Under the pieces are notes generated by a model. The model was not told the origin of the DNA. It did no database searches and worked only from the letters and a program-made list of their open reading frames with translations. The position numbers were made by a program, and so were the translations under genes. Below, in pieces: positions 50,848 through 64,000 of a DNA stretch of 64,000 nt (within the stretch, counting starts at the first letter, position 1; every line of letters starts with the position of its first letter). This DNA is from Leptogorgia sarmentosa (lineage: Eukaryota). The stretch covers positions 22,196,001 through 22,260,000 of the forward strand of contig OZ210885.1 in NCBI GenBank assembly GCA_964658305.1, given 5' to 3'.

Positions 50848-51269
50848 CCGTATTTACTCGTTTGAGCGCCGCCCCCGATTGAGCGCCGCCCTCGAATGAG
50901 CGCCGCATTTCAGCTCAAATTTGTTTAAAGAGCGCCGCCCCGGAAAGAGCGCCGCACTGAAAATTTTGAAATGTGGCGCTTAATCCATCGATTAAGAAGA
51001 TGGATTAAGAAGCGAATAAAAAACAACAACAACTTAAATCAACCTCGGAAATTTATTTTCTTGTATTGAAATGCTTTATAATTCAAAGTGAGTGTACTTT
51101 GAAGCTCTTTTACACTTATATTTTATTGTAAAAAGTTGTTGTTATATTTCACAAATAAAATATTTTTTAAAGAGCGCCGCCCCCGATTAAGCGCCGCCCC
51201 CGAATGAGCGCCGCATCAGAAGCTCTCAAAATTTAAAGAGCGCCGCGGCGCTCAAACGAGTAAATACTC
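50848..51269. mobile_element. MITE, Tc1/mariner-pogo-like (TA|CCGTATTTACTCG ends)
   Basis: GTATTTACTCGTTTGAGCGCCGC versus GCGGCGCTCAAACGAGTAAATAC; many internal GAGCGCCGC motifs; the right tip is mutated. Confidence 0.8.
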
Positions 51270-52685
51270 TTATAATTACATCATTCCCCTTATTACCTCA
51301 TTAACGTATTACCATAGTATTGCCAAGGTATTTTGCTGTGTATGTGCATTTCATGTTCCATGCTCATGTTACCTTATTACTATGTATACTTATAGTAGTT
51401 TGGTTGTATGGTTGTTTCATAATGCTAGTTTTGTAAAACTAGCAGAAAATTATAGTTCATTATATTCATGAAAAGTATATGGATACCACACTTGAAAGTA
51501 CGATTAATGTTAAATTACCCAAAGCAAATGCGATGAACATAAAGAATTCTCAGTTTCGGACCAAGGCTTGTTACTTAATTACTGGTAATAAGAAAAAAAC
51601 ACCTAAAGTAGTGGTCTTATATCTTGCATGGTATATTAAACTTGACCCAACGAGACAATATATCACCTTGATCAAATGCCTAGATTTATGTAAACATTTA
51701 GAAAGATTATTGTTCGCTACTTCGCTATTTTAGAATAAAAAGGATATTGTACCAGAAACCAGACCTCTATGATAACAAAACATTTGCTTCATTAAATGGA
51801 CAGAATTGTAACATTGCATGAATTCTCTGACACCATAGATTACGAGCTGCCTGTCTCTTGTAATACTGCCAAAAGGCAAATATTTTTTTGCTCCAATGAG
51901 GTTTTAACTTGCCATGCTGTATTATTCTGGCATGTGGCAGCCGAAAAAAGTCATATAGAAGGGGGGGTGTCGCACCACACTGATTTCAATATGCAATAAT
52001 TTGGAATGTAACAAATTTCGTGACAGCAATTCAAACTTACTGTAAAGTGTATGATAACAATCGCAATCAGCTATCTGGAATAACACTATATACGTGTAGT
52101 GTATACACTATATACGTATTCATATATGAATCAATATTGAAGCACAAGTTAAACACTACATGCACTAAGCCTGGTTGGTTAATCACTGTGCAAGACTGCG
52201 CAACAAATTGGTTATTACTGAATATCACTGCTCTCTAAAAAAATCGCTGCAAAAGCTGGATTACGGCGCTCAATTAAATATAATAAATTCACATCAGTCA
52301 TACTGCATGCACTCTATAGCTATACATCATGCAAACTATATAGAACATTGGTATAATGAATCAAACATGCAGTCTTGATAATAAACATAGCTACCTTCTA
52401 AACTTTTCAATTTCAAAACAAATCAAACATTCAAACTAAATCAGTTTATGAATATAGATTTATTAATTTTTACAATATTAATTTTTTCCCTGCATGCTAT
52501 ACTATAACGAAATTAATTTCTCAAAATATAAATTCACCTTAATATGTTTACCCCATTGTCAATTGTTCATAACTGTTTACATATACATGTACATACTATT
52601 TATCTACGAAAGATGTCCATGAATTAATATAAAGTTTTTAAGCAGTTCATAGTATGCAAGTTCAGCAAGAAAGAGTACACTTGGT

Positions 52686-53150
52686 CACAACGTTGTTTCT
52701 GTTGAATGTGATTTGGAAATTCTGCAGTGTAAACAGTTTTTCGTAATGTTCACAACCAACGTTTCAATGGAATCTTGGAACGTAACATGCCGATGGACCT
52801 TCTTATCATCAAGCGAATCATTTTGTTGGCAGGTAAATTTGCAACACGCACTGAGCTGACACATAGAACTCCTCACGATGTGACCACAAGAGTCGCACTT
52901 TGATGGCTGCTTTTGCGCTGTCCTGCTTAATTTTTTTATTACAGTTGCAGCATTTCTTGAAGCGAGAAAATTCCTCGATGTCGTTGATTGAAGGTACTTT
53001 AATCGTAGTACTGCTGTTGAAAAGGTCGTCTAATTCTCCCGAGATTTCTACGAGGTTTGACAGAGCATGGTCATCTTGCTTAGCAACTGTTGTCTCTTCA
53101 TCACTTGACCTTCGGGAACATTAAAAAAGAAGGAAAACTTGCTTGGCATG
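52686..53150 (-). pseudogene. Degenerate RPA70 C-domain-like (OB fold plus Zn ribbon) fragment
   Basis: Minus-strand translation FKKCCNCNKKI...(frameshift)CDSCGH...VTFQDSIETL resembles the CxxC-KK...CxxC ribbon of RPA70-C. Confidence 0.45.
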
Positions 53151-54016
53151 GGGTTTTGAATCTCATCAAAAAAAAAGGAAAAGCATTTGTTGTCGAAAAG
53201 AATACAACAACTGTAGAGGAACTCCCCTCAACAACTGATGAAATGGATCTCTGATAATGGTCACGAATCTACTTATTTGACAGATGAACGTTCATGATTT
53301 GATATATTCATACCCAGTAGTTGTAGAAAAATGATGCACTACAAACTTGTGTCTTGTCATTCATTAATGTCTAATATTTAACAAATAAATAAACCAAAGA
53401 TTCTAATTTTTGTTTCAAAGTTCAACCAGTCCTTACTTATAGCATCAGTCAGTGGCTCACTGGACCAGTGTGACCAGCTTTTCTCAAGGACAATTACCAC
53501 ATGATAAAAATCACCACATGAGGCCAAAAATTACCACGTACACTTTTATCCCATATTACCCCTGCATATCCCAAAGATTATCTCGAAGTATTCCTACTTT
53601 ACCCTCACTAACCCAAACAGCTACACCAGAAAAGGGCTTTCCTATAAAAAATGAAAACTGAGCTGAGGACACATTCAGCAATTAGAGTTAGGGTTGAGTA
53701 AATCGCAAAGGTGTGCTGCAAAATGGTGTGTTCTGTTGTGCAATGCAGTGCTGCACAACACACACAAAGGTGTGTTGAATTTGAAACAGAAAACGTGTGC
53801 GTTCAAAGGTGTGTTGTCTAACCTACTGCTGTGCTACTTAGCACGCTTTCATGGGTTAAGTAACACACAAAGCTGTGCTACGATACGTCATTCTCGGGCT
53901 TAACACCTAGCCAAGAAATCAATGCTGTAAGTCTTATACCAAATCATATCTGCAAGTATGGTAATCTATTAAATTAATACTGTACCTTACATTTCTTTTT
54001 TTGTTTTTAATGAAGG

Positions 54017-54663
54017 CTGCAAAAGAGAAAGGCAATGAAGATCTGGAGTTGTGGGCACCATCTATTAGAAACCACCTTTGGCATTGTTCAAAAACCTGTG
54101 AGAAAGATACAAAAGCACTCGAAGTAGGATTCATTTGATTATTTCACTTTTAGTATGAGTATCTGTATGCATATTTGTCACTTCAGCATGTCTAGAAAAT
54201 TGGTATGTGATGTAATGTAATTGTGCATTTAAACCATTGTACAGCAATGTGCACACATGCTCACTCTGTATAATGCCAAACAATTTTACTTGTAAAACCA
54301 CTACCGGTAACTGGTAATGCACCCAAATGTGCTCCACTGTAGTATCAACTGTCTAATACCAGACAATTTAGCTTGTCAGTAGTTGAGATCGGCCGGTGAA
54401 TGTGTTAAGGAGGAGTCTGGTAGATCAATAGATTAAATGATGTGTTGACAGATGATTACAAAATTGAGATGTTGTGATCGAAATACTATAGGTCTACATT
54501 TTACTGTTACATAATAGGACAAATGGATTGGGATTTTGCATCATGTGGTTGAAGAGAGAAAGAAGCCCTGGCTTGAGAGGGAGTCATCTGCTCACAAAGC
54601 AATGACAAAGATTGTGATGGATACACGCTTCCTAACTACTCTTGTATACCACACCAACTTCAG
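54017..54663 (+). pseudogene. Two exons of a second Kolobok-type transposase
   Basis: AAKEKGNEDLELWAPSIRNHLWHC and DKWIGILHHV...KPWL...TNF parallel KEKGNEALLEWIKPITNHLYWS of the Kolobok at ~35550. Confidence 0.72.
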
Positions 54664-54794
54664 GTATGCGTGCTTGGCTAAATATTGTTAATACTGTGGG
54701 GTATTGACAATTTACTGTATTATGTGTATGTACAGTCTACATAGGAGCTAGGGGCTAGGCAGGAGCCTCCCCCCGAAAAAAATATTAAAAAATT

Positions 54795-55162
54795 TTTTTC
54801 AGACTAAAAATACTGAACGTTACTTTTTAGTTTTTAGACTGGTTTACTATTAAATCACTGTATAATAAAGGCGATTGGTTTCCGTTGGTTGGCACTTCGT
54901 TCCCTGTCAGCAGGGGCACAACAGTGAAAAATTTTTGGTTCGATTTGCGAAGGTATCCATACTGTATTGTAAATACTTTAGTCATTTGATGTAACTTTTT
55001 AGTTTTCAGACTAAAAAGACTGAAAGTTCCTAATGTTTTAGTTTTTAGACTGGTTTACCATTAAATCACTGTATAATAAAGGCGATTGGTTTCCATTGGT
55101 TGGCACTTCGTTCCCTGTCAGCAGGGGCACGACAATGAAAAATCTTTGGTTTGATTTGCGAC
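54795..55162 (+). repeat. ~207-bp tandem duplication (about 1.8 copies)
   Basis: CAGACTAAAAA...GATTTGCGA block at 54800 and 55007. Confidence 0.9.
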
Positions 55163-55214
55163 GGTCAAAGAACTAGACTCAGATATGCATGATTGAACCG
55201 CTCAAGTTATTGTG

Positions 55215-57930
55215 TGTTCCCGTATTGAACGACATGTCAAAGGTTGGATCAATTTCACTCACTATTACGATTTTATGGTCGTAATTTTTTATAATCTGGA
55301 TTGATATAAATCACCAACAAAACGCAAAAAATCTACATGATAACACAGATAATAACACCCGACTACGCTATCTTCCCTTTTCTACGACCACTCTGGTCCA
55401 GTCCGTATTGTTTGTCCCTATGGGGGGAGGGGTGAAAACCAAAAAAACAAATATGAATTCCAAAACATCCCCCTCTCGAATGCGACTACATTCGTTAAAC
55501 TAAAACTTAAATTTTGTCCTAAATGTTCATCAATGTCTCTCCAACGGGCATAGTCGATGTACTGGCCAAATGTATTCAGCTTCTCCCACCTTGATCTTCG
55601 CTAACTCTGATGAGGTCGTCATGACCTCGATATGTCTCGACCACACGCCCAAGTGGCCACTCACCCCACTTTGCATTGGGCTTGACTGAAAGCACAACGT
55701 CTCCTGCTTTCAGCTCTCGCTTCGGGTTGAACCATTTACCTCTCACATTCAGGCTAGGTAGGAACTCCTTGTGCCACCTTTTCCAAAGCTGTCCAATTAA
55801 TTGTTGAATCCGTCTCCAGCTCTTTCTTGGGTGGAACACTTCGTCCGGGCTAACTTCGTGGGCGAACTGTCCACCTAGATTTCCAACCAGGAAATGTGCA
55901 GGTGTAAGAGGTTCCAAGTTGTCCGGACTTGAACTAATGTATGTTATCATGCTTTTAAATACTCCTCCAAAATGTGGGGCAGACGATGGACAATTCGCCC
56001 ACTCGATTTTGTGATGTTGGGTGGTTTTCTTCACTATTTTCATCTTCGTCTAATTCGCATATCTTTTTGCACATCTCTTCCTCGGCACCGACGAAGTTCG
56101 TCCCGTTATCCAAAATCACATACGAAGGCGTCCCCCTCTGTGCGGTCATCCGTACGAATGCATGTATGATCCAGGTGGTCAGTCGCACTAGACGTGTTGT
56201 TTGATCTGTTTCATTCGTCACATGGGTTTTCACTTTCTTCTTCTCCTGCAGCGTTTGGGGGTGATTTAGATGGTAATCTCTCTGGCCAAGGCTCACCATT
56301 GGTCAGGAAGTTTGGACCACGCATCCAGGAATCGTTGTGGCATAGTTCTAGGGATGGTCACTGCTTTTAGGGGGGGGACGTGAGTCTTCGAGGTAATCAA
56401 ACAAGCCGTTGGTGGGTTGTCTCTGTACTCACTACAAGGTAGGACGCGGAAGCGTAGGCGTCTTTGGAAGCATCAGAGAAGGTATGTAACCACGACTTGG
56501 TTGGATTCAGGAGGTGGAGAGGATGAGGGATTTTGAAGTCAATTAGGTCGTTCAGTTCCCTGGTCCAGTCATTCTATTTGTCGGTAAGCTCGGCTGGTAG
56601 ACGTTCATCCCAATCAATTCCGGCAGTCCAAATTTTTTGCAGTAGAATTTTTGCTCTGATAGTAAATGGTGACAGGAACTGCATCGGGTCAAATAACTTG
56701 GCAACGCTGCCGAGCACATTTTGTTTCGTCTGCGGTTCTGATAGGGGTGGACGTTTTACTTGAAAGGTGAAAGTATCTCGGTCGGCTTGCCAAGAAAACC
56801 CTAACGTCTTCAAGGTTGGAAGATTGCCGCTGTCAATTTCCAAACCTGGTAGACGGTCTTCTAGAGGGACGTCTTCGATGACTTCAACCTGGTTTGACAT
56901 CCATTTCTTCAGAATGAATCCTGCCTCAGACAAGAGTCCTGTCATTTGCTGCTGGAGGTCCTTGGCTTCCATCACTGTTTCACACGAATCTAGCACATCA
57001 TCTACGTATATTGCATTGTTCACCGTACCAGCTGCCTCTGGATACGTCTCCTTGTTACTTTTGGCATGGGAGTGTAGAACATGCTGAGCGCAGAATGGCG
57101 ATGCTGTGTTACCAAAGGGTGATCTCGCAAACTCGTAGACTTTGGGTTCCATGGACAAGTCCAGTCCTCGCCATAAAAATCAGTGAAAAGGACAGTCTTT
57201 TTCTGCCAGTCCAACTTGCAGAACCACAGGAACATTTGCGAAATGTCGGCTGACAGGGTTACAGGTGTTCTTTGAAACCTAGTCAGGACGTCAACAAGTT
57301 CCCGTTGCAACTTTGGTCCAGAATATATTGCTTCAAATAAAACTCTTGCCCTTCAGCTTGGCAGCAGCGTCGAAAATGATTCGAACCTTCGTCAACATCT
57401 TTTCATTATTCACCACAGCAAAATGGAGTAAAAGGCACTGTTTGTTATCCATCAGCAGCACTTTCGCCACGTACCCTTATTCATATAGTCGTTGATTATG
57501 TCACAATAGGCCTTTGCAACATCCGGCTTCTTCAACAGGGACGTTTCGAGATTCAACAATCGTGAGAAGGCCATCTCGAAGTTATTTTTAAATTCCGGTT
57601 CTCCCTCTTGTCTCGTCCTTGGTCATTGCCCGAATACTACTGTCTTTAATCCCAACGGCATCAAGTTTCCAGAATTTTCTCAAAAGTTCATTTGTCTCGT
57701 CAACTTTCAACTGGCTAGTTCGATAGGTGCAGGTCATGTGGACATGGGTGTTGATCGACAAAACATTCTTGGAATGGGTCTTTTGGGTGTTCGCCATTAA
57801 CTTCTCATAGAACCTTGTGGAAGGCAGGGTGATCACTTCGATTTGCTTACGGCTCGATCAAATGCAATTGAGGTCAAATGGGGCCAAGTTGTTTATCATA
57901 ATCTCTGTGTCTTCTCTTGCGTCATCCATT
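55215..57930 (-). mobile_element. Heavily deleted BEL/Pao retrotransposon relic with a putative 3' LTR (~55215-55467)
   Basis: Fragments ADISQMF, PFGNTASPF, YVDD, FDPMQFLSP, DNGTNF, APHFGG, PLTPAHFL, WPLGRV. A polypurine tract precedes TG at 55467 on the minus strand. Confidence 0.85.
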
Positions 57931-58406
57931 ATCCGAACTCTAGTGTCAATCCATTCACCCAATTTCTCAAAGCTATCTTCTTTCTAAGGCGAAGGACGGC
58001 ATGAAAAGAGAATACACCCGACCAGTCACAGAGGTGATTTTGATCGGAACAGCCGATGAACTCAAGTGAAGGCCATAAGCCGAACATAACATAATGCCTT
58101 GTTGTTACATGGACATCATCTGAACAGTTAGCCATTCATTATTACGGACAGCTTCTTAATTAATTATTATGTGTAGTGGTATCTTTCATACTAGGCGGGG
58201 AGTGTGCTGTCTCCCCCCATCCCCTTTGTGCTTTCGCACCATCTTTCCCTTTCGCAGCATCCCATTGGCTGTTAATTCCATCAAGGGGGCAGTATGCATG
58301 CACATTGTTGTTGTTGTGGTGGAGCTTGCAAAAGCACTCCTTTTTTCACGATAAGAAAACACAAAATAAAGTTATAATAAATCGTTTGTGTTGCGTTACA
58401 CTCCTT

Positions 58407-58762
58407 GGGCCGGTTGTACGAAAGGCATTTAAGTCGCTATACACCGTTTAACTCGCTATCCGCTGGATAAAACCGTGCCGTTGTTTTCGAATTTCATGAA
58501 GGATGATGTTACACGAGTGTGAAATCTGCAACATTTTACCCTCAAGTTCCCTCAAGTACCAAGTTGAGGTGCACAAATTCTGGAAAATCCGGTTTTTTAC
58601 GGGTAAATTTAAGTTTATCCACCGTATAGTTAAACGCGATGCTAAACGGGCTTCGTGCAACGCGATTTTATCCGCTAGTTAACTATCCGCTGGATAGGAA
58701 ATTTATATGTTGGATAATGCTTAAACGCTGTTTAAGTTAAATGCCTTTCGTACAACCGGCCC
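58407..58762. mobile_element. MITE, PIF/Harbinger-like
   Basis: GGGCCGGTTGTACGAAAGGCATTTAA versus TTAAATGCCTTTCGTACAACCGGCCC; 3-bp flanks CTT and CTG. Confidence 0.82.
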
Positions 58763-59796
58763 CTGGTGAAGGGTCCTAATAACTCCACGGGGCCCAAAGG
58801 ATCAGAACAGGGTTTTATGATTTTTGTGCTTTAAACAGGGCATTTTTAAAAAACAAAGTAATAATGTATCATCACAGTATATTGAGTTGGTAGAAATTCT
58901 TATCCAGTATCATTCTTCCAATAGATGTGCCCAGAAATATGTATGTCAATGCTTAAGGACTTAAAAACATGTAGAGTTTTCAGTACCAGGCAGGAAGTAA
59001 CAGACATTTATCCTGTTAGCACAGGCTTAAATTTTGTCAGGTAATCGCCACAGTAATTTAGTATTATTTTACTGCTAGGTTGGGCCGATATTTCAAGCAA
59101 CCTGTGTAAACGGATTGAAACTCAGCTCGGGTTGAAAACTATCCTTGTAAAACTATCCAGGAGTTGAGAATCATTCACGTTTCTGCCCAGAAATGTGTGC
59201 TTCTCTCGTCTTGACACAAGCAATTCATGCATGCGAAACACAAACAGAACGAGTAACTTGTCGTAGTGCCATAGATTTTCATGCAAAATATGTTAATAAT
59301 GATGTATTATCATTCGAGGAAAAGAGTTTTTAATAAACAGTTACACTGTGTTTAATATTGAATAGAAAATTCGATCAAGTTCTACCGCATGAGAATCACT
59401 GATGTTAAATGCTACAATGTACTATAGTCATTCATGATCGCCAACAGCATGTACGTTTACTTATTGATCGGCTGTTTCTCTGGGTTGCAGTGAAGGTAGA
59501 CACTGAATCATACTTTAAGTACAACTCAGCACAGGCTGCACAGAATATATATAATAATAAAGTCGAAATGTATATGTCATGTGCAAAGCAGTATGCTATT
59601 GTACAAGATAAAATTCTGTATCAATGTACAACTGCAAAGCAGTTGAATACTTTTAATATGTCTAATTTACTACACTGCAAGTCAATAGCTATTTATGAAA
59701 CAAATATTTCAAACAATATTGCAAGTGTATAAAGACGTATTCGAGTTTGTGAAATATTGTACCACACACATGGAAGAGTAATTTCTAGGGTAATAC

Positions 59797-61158
59797 CAGG
59801 GCGGTTATAAGATAGGGTGGCGAAACGCCAGCTGACGAGCTGAAACATGTGTGATGCACTGTAAGCATGGGGCGAGCGCAGTTATAGCGATGTTCTAGGA
59901 AAAATGTTTGAACATGTTTTTTTATTTATCGCCCTCAAAACCCTTTTTACTTCTTAGTTATTAACCCAATACCAACTATTCTTTTCCCCTGCACTTGTAG
60001 TGTTTTTTTGTTGCCATCAGAGCATGTAACAATTAGCATGTAATAGTTAAAACAGAAAATTTCTTAAACATTAAACCATAGACATTACAGGCTACTTTTT
60101 TGATTTTGAAACAGAAGATAAAATATTTGATTTTTTCAGCTACAAATGGACAGTTTGGTATTTAACTTTTAAACTTGGTGTCTAAGATGTTGCTTAATAC
60201 GTCTAGCATTATTTTACCACATACTTTGAGCTTTTTAAGCAATCCTCAGTTAATTCCGGACTAAAAATTGTCGGGATGACAACCAACTGTCGCGACTGAC
60301 AGGGTCCTAAAATATCCGTAAAAAACGCTTCAAATCACGTTTTGATGACAGTTTATGTACTTATCTCAAAAACAAAACATTCAGTTCTGTGGGCATATTT
60401 TGTAACAACGGCAACAATTTAGCAGGGAAACCATGAACTTACTTGCAAAAAACATCTGACCGTGTGATGACAACAAGATCAAAACTTTCATTAGTAATTT
60501 TTCCAGTGTACAATTGATCCATTAAAATAATTCCTTAATTTTATTGGAAGCAAAACGTTCATGGTGAAGCTAAATCAAGATTTTGTCGAGTCGTTCTTTT
60601 CATCTCAACGGCAGATGTGTGGTGGCAGGCAAAACATGACAGCATTTATTTACTCATTTATTTACTTGGAAACAAGCAAACTAATGTTTATGAAGTACAA
60701 GAAACAATGACATATTTAAACAGTGATAACAACCTCCCAAAAAGACGAAATGAGAACTGTATTTACGATACAGTCGAATGGTACATTGAAATATAGCAAC
60801 TTGTGTAATGTTTGTAAATTATCAGTAATGGATGGGATGAATATTGCAGTGAGTGTGAGTAGGCAAATATTAAATGAAATACCAATCATACCTTTCATTG
60901 CAAAAAACCTGATGGGGCAATGGGGATATTTCTTTTAAGCATATTGCATACACACTTACACACTGTACCAAAAATATTATAATAAAACTTACTTCTTGTT
61001 GTATACATTCACACTTTCATATCATTCACCTTTTGCCAGGCGAAAGTGACTGTCGCAAACTCTGCAGCCATGTTGAAAGTTCACAGTGGGGGTCCATGCA
61101 TCACACATGTTTCAGCTCGTCAGCTGGCATTTCACCGCCCTATCTTATAACCGCCCTG
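59797..61158. mobile_element. Non-autonomous hAT element
   Basis: ~60-bp TIRs starting CAGGGCGGTTATAAGATAGGG; identical 8-bp TSD GGTAATAC (59789-59796, 61159-61166). Confidence 0.92.
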
Positions 61159-61511
61159 GGTAATACCATGTTTGATATATATACTCCACAGCAATTCTTG
61201 ATGGTCAATATCTTTCATGGAAGAAAAAAATTTTGCGGTCCGTGTTAGATCATGTTTACAAATAGTTGGACTGCTTCCAGATCTTTGATTTATTAATTTT
61301 ACATCATGCACAGTATATATAAAGTAAATCTGTTCACTTATTGGACACTTTGACACTAGCAACTACTTATCCCAATGTATCCATTGCCCCTATATGTATT
61401 TCATAGTTTGTTTTTCATAGCTTGCTTATACAATGGCTTTCGTCTCCAAGCACCTCTGGCCCTGTTGTCTATTGAAATCTGATCCAACTTCCATCGCGAA
61501 AGGTAACCTAA

Positions 61512-61965
61512 AGTGGTTATGACACAAAATTTGTCATTATCTTGTTTGAGAGAACTTTTAAAAGTATAATGTAAATTCTTTTCTACTTTTTCATTTTCTT
61601 TCCTGCAACTTGAGTTATTTTAGTTTGTTTGCATTCTTCTTGGCATCGAAGTGATGTCATGGAAGGATAATAGCTCTCGTTTAAGCTTGTTATCTTCGGT
61701 ATTTCCAGCAAAAAAAACACATCAAAATCAAGACTTGACCCTTACAGTGTTGCAGTCGAACATAAACTTAATTCTAGCCGATTTAATTGGTTAAAGACAG
61801 ACTTATTTGAATTTTCAAGAAATCATTATGCATATGTGATGTCACTTCGATGCAAAGAAACTAAAATAACTCAAGTTAAAGGAAAGAAAATGAAAACTAG
61901 AAAAGAACTTACATTATACTTTTAAAAGTTCTCTCAAACAATATAATAAAAAAATTCGTGTTACA
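61512..61965. mobile_element. Degenerate non-autonomous long-TIR element (Kolobok-like)
   Basis: TGTTTGAGAGAACTTTTAAAAGTATAATGTAA...ACTTGAGTTATTTTAGTTT is inverted at 61857-61941; the left end is TAA|AGTGG. Confidence 0.65.
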
Positions 61966-62093
61966 AATAGAAATTTTACCGTCCGAGTTTAGAACAAAAG
62001 TTGCAATTAATAAAGCAAAACCAATACACTCCCCTACCACCCCACCCTAAGGAAAATTGGAATTTACCACCCAAAATCTGGGTGGCTCATGAC

Positions 62094-62157
62094 CAGCCCC
62101 AACCAGGGTCTCTTTCCTCTGCGGGGAGCAACGATCAAGACCCTGGGTATGAGGCTG
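62094..62157. repeat. Short palindromic (hairpin) interspersed element
   Basis: CAGCC..CCAGGGTCT ... AGACCCTGG..GGCTG arms. Confidence 0.55.
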
Positions 62158-63351
62158 TCTCAATGCATGCTAATCATCACTTGCTGTCCTGCTGGATTTG
62201 GAACACTGACATCCATGTGGTCACTTGATGATCTGATCGATTTTAGTAGCGAAATTACAGTTAAGTTTGAGCCTGTATTTTTCGTACCAAGAAGCTTGTA
62301 AATGAGGTTCTTTTTATAACTAGTGGGCAATATACAAAGCATATCCCTTCAGCAACAATAGCTTTTACTGCTTGTATTGACAATGTTGCAATTAAATATC
62401 TTGTTTTCCCAGTCCCTCTAACGCTTCTTCCAAACCACAAATACAATTTTCCCATTTGGAAAGAACTTAAGTATTTAGTAAATGTGTTCTGACATCAATG
62501 ACATCTGACACATATGTACCGTTATTGGCTTGACGCACTGAGATGTGTCCTTGCCACATGGATCCCATTCTTCCAACGAAAATCGCAGGCTCAGGAAACA
62601 AGACTGGTGGTTTTGGAGTTTGTCTTCTTGCTTAGAATGAAAATCTTTGAGGACATCCTTTGTTGAACTGTAGATGTCATATTGTATATTAGTATGCTTG
62701 TTAGTTGATTTCCAGAGCTTGTTTATGGATTTATTTGAGAGTTTTCAAGGAATTTCATAGTACATTCAGGGAGGATATTCTGACCAAATTTGTTACCTGT
62801 TAAATACATGTTACTTATCGCTCTGTAAATGGGTATTTACCGCCCAGGTTTTCCAGAGCAATGCAACAGTAAAATACCAGGATATTTTGGACAGGTTGTA
62901 GCACCTGTACCAGGGGCTGCGGAAGCGCCTCAATATCAGAATCGTAATACTTTCCTAGATATTTAGGAAAGAAGACAAATAGGATTAAAGCCAGGATATT
63001 CAGTGATACATTTTAGGTTTGCATGTTGACCAACTTCACTGATAACGGGTTTACTGTTAAGTGCATGTCCACATTCATCTATTTCCATGCAGCAAACACA
63101 TTCATATGCATTACTGAGATGTTCTATGCTACAGTTTCCACATTTGCACCTATAATAATATTAATATATTTTCAAATCAAATTGATACTGATACTGACAG
63201 AAGAAAAGGATCAACTCGGGTAAACAAGTATGAGACTGTGACTGTATTTATTTACTCACCATTTGCTAACTTCCAAAGAACCATCAATCTGTTTAAGGAA
63301 TTGCAGTTTGACTTCACGGCGCTCATTTTCTTCTTTCTGGTATTGTTTTAG

Positions 63352-64000
63352 CCAAGGATAAAGTCAAGAGAGCAAATTTTGTAACTGTGTTAGCTGACGG
63401 GGCAACTGATGCAGCGTGCATAGAGAAAGAACTCATCTATATTCTTTTCATAGATCCAGATGTCTTTAAAGCTTCACTTGCTTTTCTAAGTTTGAAATCG
63501 GTGGAATCGCAAGATGCGCAAGGGATCACTGGCGCTATTATCCATGCCTTCAAGGAATGTGGTATTGAAGAGAAACTGCAGAGAATTGTCTTTTTCGAGT
63601 CTTATGGTACTGCAGTCAATTCAGGTTTGCGAGCTGGTGTCATTTCCCTATTGCAACGAAGGTTTGGCAAGCACATCAAGTTCTTTTGGTGCATGAATCA
63701 TCGACTTGAACTAGCTGTAAAGGACGCAATTCAGAACAACGTGGAGGAAGTGGAAACTGCATTGCAGGATTTATACTACATTTGTCAGAACTCTGGAAAG
63801 CGACTGAGAGAACTGAGGAGTTTGCATGAAATCCTGAAAGAGATGTACAGCTTTGAGAACAGACAAGTTAAGCCTTCCAAATCGAGCGGTACCTGAGGGA
63901 TTGACCATAACTTGCGAGCCATGAAAGCTTTTATTGACAAGAGGGGATTGTATTTGGCACATTCAGAACGTCATTGCAGATACCAGTAAGCAGAATGACA
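63352..64000 (+). pseudogene. hAT (ZNF862-like) transposase pseudogene running off the window
   Basis: LADGATD...E.ELIY and WCMNHRLELAVKDA. The second catalytic DG reads YG, and a stop falls where TRW is expected (63894-63896). Confidence 0.8.

Noticed and set aside
49973..50882. Long Leu/Tyr/Pro-rich ORFs in three frames
   Set aside because: Translation artefacts of the TTATTACCC satellite, which lacks stops on the plus strand.
53685..53910. GTGTG/CACAC-rich segment as a MITE
   Set aside because: No convincing TIR pair or TSD could be defined.
59821..59850. Hammerhead-like CTGACGA...GAAAC
   Set aside because: Only 3 nt are available for stem II, no flanking stems were found, and it is part of the hAT TIR.

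Overview
Eukaryotic, AT-rich, intron-containing DNA made almost entirely of nested transposable elements. The TE repertoire looks like an invertebrate, probably cnidarian, genome (inference). No conventional host gene is evident. From left to right: (1) a complete Mutator/MULE element (1855-9065, 9-bp TSD) whose ORFs splice in frame into one ~1322-aa protein with a protease-like N-terminus, SIM-like motifs, DDE and SWIM domains; (2) a LINE 3' fragment; (3) a 5'-truncated BEL/Pao LTR retrotransposon; (4) a near full-length CR1/L2-type LINE with esterase ORF1; (5) a spliced OTU deubiquitinase-like gene next to an orphan transposon end; (6) a complete IS3EU-type element (22383-29450, 6-bp TSD) carrying a UBZ-CUE-HECT ligase gene; (7) a Helentron-like remnant (2A-like motif, OTU, APE endonuclease) split by a Kolobok element (32494-37392, TTAA TSD); (8) a KDZ (CxC5/CxC6) transposase gene facing a spliced SF3/DUF927-like P-loop helicase gene, bracketed by degenerate inverted ends and inverted TAAGGGTAA arrays, the most unusual system here; (9) an RPA70C-like fragment, Kolobok, BEL and hAT relics and several MITEs. 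Family and domain calls come from motif recognition by eye, not database searches.
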